Shown piece after piece: positions 55,673 through 64,000 of a DNA stretch of 64,000 nt. The position numbers were made by a program, and so were the translations under genes. The stretch is from Octopus vulgaris. Its lineage: Eukaryota. The stretch lies in contig OX597835.1 of assembly GCA_951406725.2 (NCBI GenBank), positions 30,690,001 to 30,754,000 on the forward strand, in the 5' to 3' direction. The notes under the pieces were generated by a model. The model had not been told where the DNA came from, did no database searches, and saw nothing but the letters and a program-made list of their open reading frames with translations. Positions within the stretch are counted from its first letter, which is position 1. The number at the start of each line of letters is the position of its first letter.

Positions 55673-55685
55673 TAGGAGTTCCATC

Positions 55686-55997
55686 GCTCATGAATAATCA
55701 CCTAGATTGCACCTAGAAAGTTCTCCTCTAAGGCACAAGTCCAGATAAGGTTGTTTATGGAAGACCAACAGTTGCCCATGCTTAGCAGCCTCCAATCTCC
55801 ATACCACTGATGTTATCCAAAGGAAAGGCAAAATCCGATGTAGCTTGGCATGAGTGACAACGCAACTAGTTTCCACATCTCGGTAAACTGGATCAATGGG
55901 AAGTAAAATATCTTGCTCAAGAACAGAACACATGCGATGGGAATCGAACTCATTACCTCATGATTGTGAGCCTGACACACTAAACACTGAGCCATAT
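55686..55997 (-). mobile_element. SINE homologous to 50084-50407
   Basis: GATTGCACCTAGAAAGTT, AAGGCACAAGTCCAG, TCTTGCTCAAGAACA and GGGAATCGAACTC are on the + strand. Confidence 0.72.
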
Positions 55998-56139
55998 CCA
56001 TCCATACACACACAAATACAGTCACACACCTATGCATGCATGCATGATCACTTACAACATTATTTGATTACCGCTTGTTATCCCACGGTAGGGTAGATTC
56101 CATTGGTAGATATACATGAGGAACTCGTCTTTGGATAAT

Positions 56140-57010
56140 ATTGGTTTCAATTTTTTGCACATGGCCAGGAACTTCGGGGAAGGAAGTAAGTCGATAACGT
56201 TGATGCCATCGCTTGACTCGTATTAAGTTATCGACCTGGAAAGGATGAAAGTCGACCTCGGAGGGGATTTGAACTTAGAATGTAAAGACGGGCAAAATGT
56301 TGCTGTTCAATTTACCCAGCGTGCTAACGATTCTGCCAGCTCTCCGCCTTCTCTTTACATAAAATTAATACAAGATTTTTGTACTTGTACATACAGGTGA
56401 TATTATAATCCTTTCTACTATAGACACAAATCCCGAAAATTTTTTGTGAGGGGGCTGGTCGACTTCATCGAATCCATTGCTTGACTGGTACTTTTTCATC
56501 GATCCCGAAACGATAAAAAGCAAAACCGATCTCGTTCGAATTTTAAAAAGGGACGAAATATCACAAAGCAGTAATCCGGTGTGCAAACGATTCTACAAGT
56601 AAGCCGCCTCATAGACATTATTATAATAAAACCTACAAATGCATTATATACATTATTATAATATAATCCACAGTTACCCAGGGTTTCTTGTCCAAAATAT
56701 TAATTTATTTCGCCATTTATCAAGGTGGTGAAGCAACAATATGTATTTCTTTACTACCCACAAGGGGCTACACACAGAGGGGACAAACAAGGACAGACAA
56801 AGGGATTAAGTCGACTACATCGACCCCAGTGCGTAACTGGTACTTAATTTATCGACCCCGAAAGGATGAAAGGCAAAGTCGACCTCGGCGGAATTTGAAC
56901 TCCGAACGTAACGACAGACGAAATACGGCTACGAATTTCGCCCGGCGTGCTAACGTTTCTACCAGCTCGCCGCCTTATCCAGCTCGCCGCCTTATCCAGC
57001 TCGCCGCCTT
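56140..57010 (-). mobile_element. Cluster of three family A SINEs (two old, one young at 56744-56977)
   Basis: The core GGATGAAAG..GTCGACCTCGG and the TTCTGCCAGCTC.CCGCCTT head complements are repeated. Confidence 0.8.
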
Positions 57011-57478
57011 TCAACAATATGTTTCATCAATATCTCAATTAGCGCGAGTGTTTAGAAAAAAGAAAAGGGGAGATAATTAATTGCACGGCGGTTTACGAAT
57101 ATCAAAACTATATAAGCCAACACTGAAATGCGTTATGATGTGTCCGGTATTCTATCCTTAATTTCTGCTAAGATGTAAATTGTAAAATGCGGACATGTAG
57201 AAAAAATATCTCTCTTGGTATTTATACGGTCCCTGGAGGTACTTAAGGTTTTTAAAGATAACCAGGGTAGTTGGATTTCACAAGGATTTTTGTGGTTTTT
57301 ATGATAATAATAATATATTTATTCTCTTAACTGATGGAGTGTTATGCCACTTGTTGAACTCTATACGATACAATGTATGTAAATATATATGTACATACAC
57401 ATACATATCCACACACAGCCACATTACATACACACATATACATGTATGTATGCATGTATGCATATGTATATATATATG

Positions 57479-57567
<89 letters not shown>

Positions 57568-57849
57568 GTACAAACACACACACACGCGCAGTACACAGAT
57601 ATATATGAGTTGATGACAGATAAGAAATTGACTTTTCAGATCTTGTTACCTTCGAATCATAGAGAGAGAAAAAAACAGAAATTACACACTAACGAATATA
57701 CAATCATACATAGAAGACCCAAGACATACACACACATAGCAACACGTGTTAACACTCGTACGCACGCACAAACATGCACGGAAATCCTCACATGGGTCAA
57801 AGTAACGCATACACTAAATACACATAGCAACCTGCCCAGCTGGCTCTAG

Positions 57850-57898
<49 letters not shown>

Positions 57899-58229
57899 GT
57901 GTGTGTGTGGAGGGGGTGTATATGCGTATATTTGACAGTGTGTATTTGTGTTTATATGTAGTTCTACTTGCGTATATAACAACCAATATATTGGTGCTAG
58001 CCCCCCACCCTTTACAGGTTATTCTTTCGTGTTTTGGTAATGGTAGATTTTGTGGTACCGTTGCTGATGGTGATAGTTGTAGCGGTGATGATTGTAGTAG
58101 AATTTCTGTGATATTTATGAGGTTGCTATTGCTTGTTACTGTTGTTGTGCCAGAGGTCAGCATTGACCGAAGAGATCAATGATCAAAAGTGTTCAAACAA
58201 TGACAATCTCGTCTTTTATTATTCAGAAA

Positions 58230-59620
58230 TAGAGGCCGACATATTGGTAAAAACCGTTTAGTACACCGGAGAATGCCGAACGGTATATTTTTTCCGCCCT
58301 GAGTTCAAATTCCACTGATGTCGGCTTTGCCTTTCATACTCTCAAAGTCGTTAGATAAGTACTCTTTGAACAATGGGGCCTATGTAATTAACTAACCCCG
58401 CTCCCCAACATGCCAGGTGTTGTGCCTGTCGTAGAAAGAGTTATTCGGGAACATAAGGTGGTGTGCTGGTAGAATCGCTAGTATACCCGACAAATACTGA
58501 GCGGCATCTTTTCTGCATTGATTTAAAATTCCACTCTTGTCGACTTTGCTTTTCATATTTTTTGGGTCGATAAAATAAATACAATTTGAAAACTGGGGTC
58601 AATGTAATCGACTAGACTCCCTGCCCACAGATGTCAGGCCTTGTACATATATTAGAAGGAATTATTCAGGGATACGAGCCGGTGAGCTGGCAGAATTGTT
58701 AGCACGTCGGGCGAAATGCTTAGCAGTATTTCGTCTGCCGCTACGTTCTGAGTTCAAATTCCACCGAGGTCGACTTTGCCTTTCATCCTTTCGGGGTCGA
58801 ATAAATAGGTACCAGCTACGCACTGGGGTCGATATAATCGATTTAATCCTTTTGTTTGTCCTTGTTTGTCCTCTCTGTGTTTAACCCCTTGTGGGTAGTA
58901 AAGAAATAAGTATTTCGTCTGTCTTTAGGTTCCGAGTTCAAATTCCGCCGAGGTTGACTTTGCCTTTCATCATCTCGGGGTCGATTAAATAAGTACTAGT
59001 TACGCACTGGGGTCGATATAATCGACTTAATCCGTTTGCCTGTCCTTGTTTGTCCTCTCTGTGTTTAGCCTTTTGTGGGTAGTAAAGAAATAGAAATAAG
59101 TATTTCGTTTGTCTTTACGTTTTGCGTTCAAATTCCGTCGAGGTCGGCTTTGCCTTTCATCCTTTCATGGTCGATAAATTAAATACCAGTTGCGTACTGG
59201 GGTCGATCGAATTGACTGCCCCCCCTCCCCAAAAATTTCGGGCCTTCTGCCTAGATTAGAAAATAATGGCTGACACACTCCATACAAAATGCTGAGTGAT
59301 AGTGCTTTCGGTTCTTTGCGTTCTGACAACAAATTCTTTCATATTTTCGGATTCGATAAAATATATACCATTTGAGCACGGAGTTCGATGTAATCAACAA
59401 CTACATTTTCCCCAAAATGTCGGGCCTTGTGCCTATTCAGAAAAAGAGGCATTTTTTCCAGTTGTTTACGATCTGAGTTCAAATTCTTCCGAGATCGTCT
59501 TTACATTTTATCATTTTTGGTTTTATAAAATAAGGACTAGTCGAATAATGCGATCGATGTAATCCAATTAGTGCCTCTCCTAAACTTGCTACACATGTGC
59601 CATAGTATGAAGCCATTATT
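58230..59620 (+). mobile_element. Head-to-tail array of family A SINEs (young trimer 58676-59265 plus decayed monomers)
   Basis: About seven GTTCAAATTC...TTTCAT...GTCGAT core-like units occur in the same orientation. Confidence 0.82.
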
Positions 59621-59849
59621 CGGGAAAGTCTATCACAGAGTACATTATTCAATGTATCTTTAGAGGCAGAATGCCGATACAAAAATGATGAAGGTTAAAA
59701 TGGTGTCTCATATCTGAGTGGTACCTACTTGTACTTAACAGGTCTGAGCCTACTGGAGGTGAAACATCTTAAAGCGAAATGTAGAATTATCGTCCAAATA
59801 ACGGGTACGAAACGTAGACAACATAGCAGCCAAATCTTCCTCAAACCGC

Positions 59850-60290
59850 GCTTTTATTCTTTGCGTTTCATCATAATTCTTTCAGTCATTGCATTGCGGT
59901 CATGCTGGTGCACCACTTTGAAAGGTTTAGCTGAACACTTTGTCTTCAGTACTTGATTGTATTTAAACCTGGAACTCGTATTATCGGTTCTCATTTGCCA
60001 GACTGCTACGTTATAGTGACTTAAAAAACCAACACTGGTTGTCAAATGGTTGGGTAGGGGCGAGCACAGACACAAAGACGCACACACACACACACACACG
60101 CACACACGCACACACACACACACACACAGATGCACTTTTATTTATTCATACGACGGAATTCCATATTTCGGGTCACCAAACTCACAAGCCAATTGCCAGT
60201 CCAGTGTTAGGTGCTAGAGTAGATATTCGGCCCAAGAGGTCGCGAAATGAGATTGAACCCGAACCCCAGGGGTTAAACAAAAAGTAAAAG
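59850..60290 (-). mobile_element. Degenerate family B SINE
   Basis: It has the tail complement TTTCAGTCATTGCATTGCGGTCATGCTGGTGCACC and an internal (CA)n. Confidence 0.65.
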
Positions 60291-61963
60291 CACATTACAG
60301 AATGTAGTTTTGGGTTTTATTAAGTCTGAAAAATAATGGAGAGTCACGACTGGATCGTCTCATCATAGCAACCAAATTTTCTTCCAACCACATGCTGTAC
60401 GATTTTCCTGATACTGAAAAAGGCACATTTGACAAAGGCGTGGTGGTCACACCTAGAACGTCTGATCAACCAAATTTCCTTTCAAACTGCATACTCGACT
60501 ATTATATTTTAAAGAAAGAAAAGAAGATGCATTGCAGAATGTCTCGTGGTTTATATATTTCGTCTGAAAAACAAAGGTGCGATGGTCACGATTCGAACGT
60601 CTTATCAGAGTAGCCAAATCTCGCTCAAATCACACACTGTAATATATTTAAATAGAAAACAAGGCTGAACAACAAATATGCGATGGTCACTCGATGGAGT
60701 GTCTTTAGATGTAGAATGTGTTTGAAAATGAATGACTCGATATCAAACAGCAATGACAGAAGCGGCAGCAGCCGCAAGAGCGCAAGCGAGCTCAAACCGC
60801 CACCACCAGCAGAAGCAGCGCCACCACCACCACCACTATCACCACCACTACCACAACCACCACTATCACTACCACCACCACCACTACCACTATCACCAGC
60901 ACCAGCACTATCACCACCACCACCAACAACAACAACACTATCACCACCACCACCACCACCACCACTATCACCACCACCACCACCACTATCCCCACCACCA
61001 CCACTACTATCACCACTACTACCACTACCACAACCACTATTACCATCACCATCATCACCCCAACTAACACCAGCACAAACACCATCACCACCGTCACGTC
61101 CCCAACATCGCACCACTACCACCGTCCCCGCCTCGTCATCGCCACCGTCACCATCACCATCACCGCCACCATAACGACCACCACAAAGACGACGACAACA
61201 ACGTCGGCAACAACATTCACAACCACCACAAAAACTTTCATGTCAGTTAGTTTTGACTGCATTGGCCAGTATATTTAAATGAAAACTGTCTGAGATGCGA
61301 TGGTCACGCGATGGAACGTCTTTGACCATAGATATGTTTGATCAAAACTAACGCTCGATACTATACAGCAATAGCACAAAAGGCAGCAGCCGCAAGATCA
61401 ACAGTAAGGACGATGGCGAGGACGACGACGAAGACCACCAACACCACCAACAGCACCTCCACCACCGCCGCAACGACGACGATGATGACAACGTCGGCAA
61501 CAAGAATGGCGGCCAGAGAAACTTTGGTGTCAGCTAGTTACGACTGTATTGGCCAGTATAAAGTGCAATAAATGAATTGTGGTCGGTTTTAATGAAATAT
61601 TAAAACAAATACAGTAATAAAACAAATTATGAGTCTCTGATTTATATTGTCTGTCACTGTTTATTAAAAAGAGACGCGAGATAAAGCGATAAGATCTCCC
61701 TCTTACTCCTCTTCTCTCCTCCTCACTCCTACTAACTACTGCTCGTTTATCCGTTATACGAAGAAAAGACTGAAACGAAATGGCGGAAAAGCAGACGTAG
61801 AAATCAATTATTTAATATTTCATTAGGAATTTCAGGAGAGATGAAAATGAAAAGAAAGAATATTTGGACAATTTTCAAACCGCTGATTTATTATTATTAT
61901 TATTATTATTAATATTATTATTATTATTATTATTAATATTATTATTATTATTATTACTATTAC

Positions 61964-62054
<91 letters not shown>

Positions 62055-62071
62055 TTTTTTTTCTTTTATTA

Positions 62072-62138
<67 letters not shown>

Positions 62139-62312
62139 ATTTTATTACTATTATTATTGTTGTTGTTATTATTATTATTATTCTCCTTGTGGTTGCTGTT
62201 GCTATTGCAGTTGCTACTTCTCCCCTTCTCCTCCTCCTCCTCCACCTCTTCTCCTCATCCTCCTCATTATTATTATTATTATTATTATCATTTTTATCAT
62301 TATTGTCGTTAC

Positions 62313-62527
62313 GACAGCGAGCTGGCAGAAGCGTTAGCACGGCGGATTTAATGCTTAGCGGCATTTCTTTTCGAACCTTTACGTTCTGCTTTCAGATTCC
62401 GCTGAGGTCGACTGTGTTTTTCATACTTTCGGCTCTGAGAAAATAAGTACCAGTTAAAAATTGGGGTCATACAATCGACTTAACACGCCACTCTCCGAAA
62501 TTGCTGGCCTTGTCAAAATTTGAAACC
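62313..62527 (+). mobile_element. Family A SINE monomer (another at 63020-63232)
   Basis: The head GCGAGCTGGCAGAAGCGTTAGCAC and the core are present, and the tail runs into (ATT)n. Confidence 0.78.
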
Positions 62528-62603
<76 letters not shown>

Positions 62604-62605
<2 letters not shown>

Positions 62606-62910
62606 TTTATATGAAAGCTCAAAACTTATTTTGCTGGGTATGATGGAAAGTGTCAGCTGTCGACAGCTAGCACACTAAGGTGGTACTTATTTATTGATCA
62701 TGCTTCAAGAACCTTGCGAAGAATTCTTGCAGTTCCAAGCAATGCTGATTTTTGTAGGTCTTCTATCTTCACACTTGCACCGATCTTTCTCAGCCATGCT
62801 GTTAGTTCAGTGCTGATAGTTCCAAGAGAACCAATTACTGTTGGTATCACGTCTACTCTCCTCATTGACCGCAACCTTCGTATTTCCCACTTTAAATCGT
62901 CGTAGTTGTT
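62604..62910 (-). pseudogene. R4/Dong-type LINE 3' end with (AAT)n tail
   Basis: It translates YDDLKWEIRRLRSMRRVDVIPTVIGSLGTIS...LQKSALLGTARILRKVLEA* (stop at 62698). A short 3' UTR follows, then (AAT)n on the sense strand. Confidence 0.88.
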
Positions 62911-63734
62911 TTTTTTGGGTTTTTTTTCTTCGTACACATTGAGTCTTTTGTCATCATCACCATCATCATCATCATTATCGTCGTCGTTGTTGTTGTTGTT
63001 GTTATTCTTAATATTATTAGGGCGGCGCCTTGGTTGACTGTTTAGCACTCTGTACAAAATGCTTAGCAGCATCCAGACCGTCTTGCATTCTGGTTTGACA
63101 TTTCATCGAGGTCGACGTTCCCTTTCACCCCTTCGAGGTCGATCAAATAAGTGCCAGTTTAGACGGGGCCATCGGCAATCGACTTGCCGTCTCACCCAAA
63201 ATTTCAGGCCTTGTGCCTGTCGTAGAACGAATTACTACCTGAGTAAAAGAGTGCGGCGCAGATCTCTGGTTGTTGAACCAAGTATCGTAAGGTCGTGGTT
63301 TGGTTTCCTGGAGCGGGTAGCGCATTATGCTCTTAAGCAAAACGCTTAGTTTCACGTTGAACCTATCCACTCGGTTGTAAACGAGTACTATTTAAATAGT
63401 TCAGCTCTGCCAATCTAGGGACCATTCTTGGTGTTTTGTCGTCATCTAAAGAAAGATGAAAGAGGATCGTGACGTGTTTCCAGCATAGTATGCAAAGAGC
63501 TGGGAATGGGACAATTGGGCGTAGCTGTTTGGACGCTGGTGATTTGGTACGGCAGATTGGATATTTAGCTTGTTTTGACAACAGTACGTTTTGGTGGGCA
63601 CACGCACTCACCCACATACACGTACATACATACACAAACAAACACACACATACACACACACACATAGAGACTCATACATGCACATTAACATAAACACTCT
63701 CTTCAGAGACTTAGAGAGAAGTATGTTCACATAA

Positions 63735-64000
63735 ATAGAGAGTGAGAGAGAGAGAGAGAGAGAGTGAGAGAAAGTGTGTCTGTGTGTGTGAGAGAGAGAG
63801 AGAGAGTGAGAGAAAGTGTGTCTGTGTGTGTGAGAGAGAGAGAGTGAGAGAAAGTGTGTCTGTGTGTGTGTGAGAGAGAGAGAGTGAGAGAAAGTGTGTC
63901 TGTGTGTGTGAGAGAGAGAGAGTGAGAGAAAGTGTGTCTGTGTGTGTGAGAGAGAGAGAGTGAGAGAAAGTGTGTCTGTGTGTGTGAGAGAGAGAGAGTG
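63735..64000. repeat. ~40-bp compound minisatellite [(GA)n GTGAGAGAAAGTGTGTCT (GT)n]
   Basis: GTGAGAGAAAGTGTGTCTGTG occurs six times and the array runs off the window end. Confidence 0.95.

Noticed and set aside
58676-59265. CRISPR-like regularly spaced repeats
   Set aside because: The units are SINE modules with identical linkers, not unique spacers. The context is eukaryotic and there are no cas genes.

Overview
This is AT-rich, extremely microsatellite-dense eukaryotic DNA, with (TA)n, (CA)n, (TACA)n, (TAGA)n, (AAT)n and (ATC/ACC)n tracts. The repeat repertoire suggests an octopus (cephalopod) intron or intergenic region; this is an inference. No intact host protein-coding gene is supported, and nearly all supplied ORFs are microsatellite translations. 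Between the tracts lie many tRNA-derived SINEs (monomer, dimer and trimer copies, several with target-site duplications), a decayed DD37D (maT) Tc1/mariner transposon, hAT and Tc/mariner MITEs (one nested), a non-autonomous Helitron, 3' remnants of R4/Dong-type and CR1-type LINEs, and an unclassified ~550-bp (AAT)n-tailed element. The most unusual signal is a set of hammerhead-ribozyme motifs from several sequence families. One is a full type I hammerhead with a loop II/stem I pseudoknot (34245-34331). Five copies belong to a (TA)n-anchored element carrying a minimal, Penelope-style hammerhead with variant cores. Further single or half motifs also occur. A compact E-box/CCAAT/E2F palindrome cluster at ~43.55 kb looks like a real regulatory island. 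Coordinates were read by eye, so degenerate element ends may be off by some bases.
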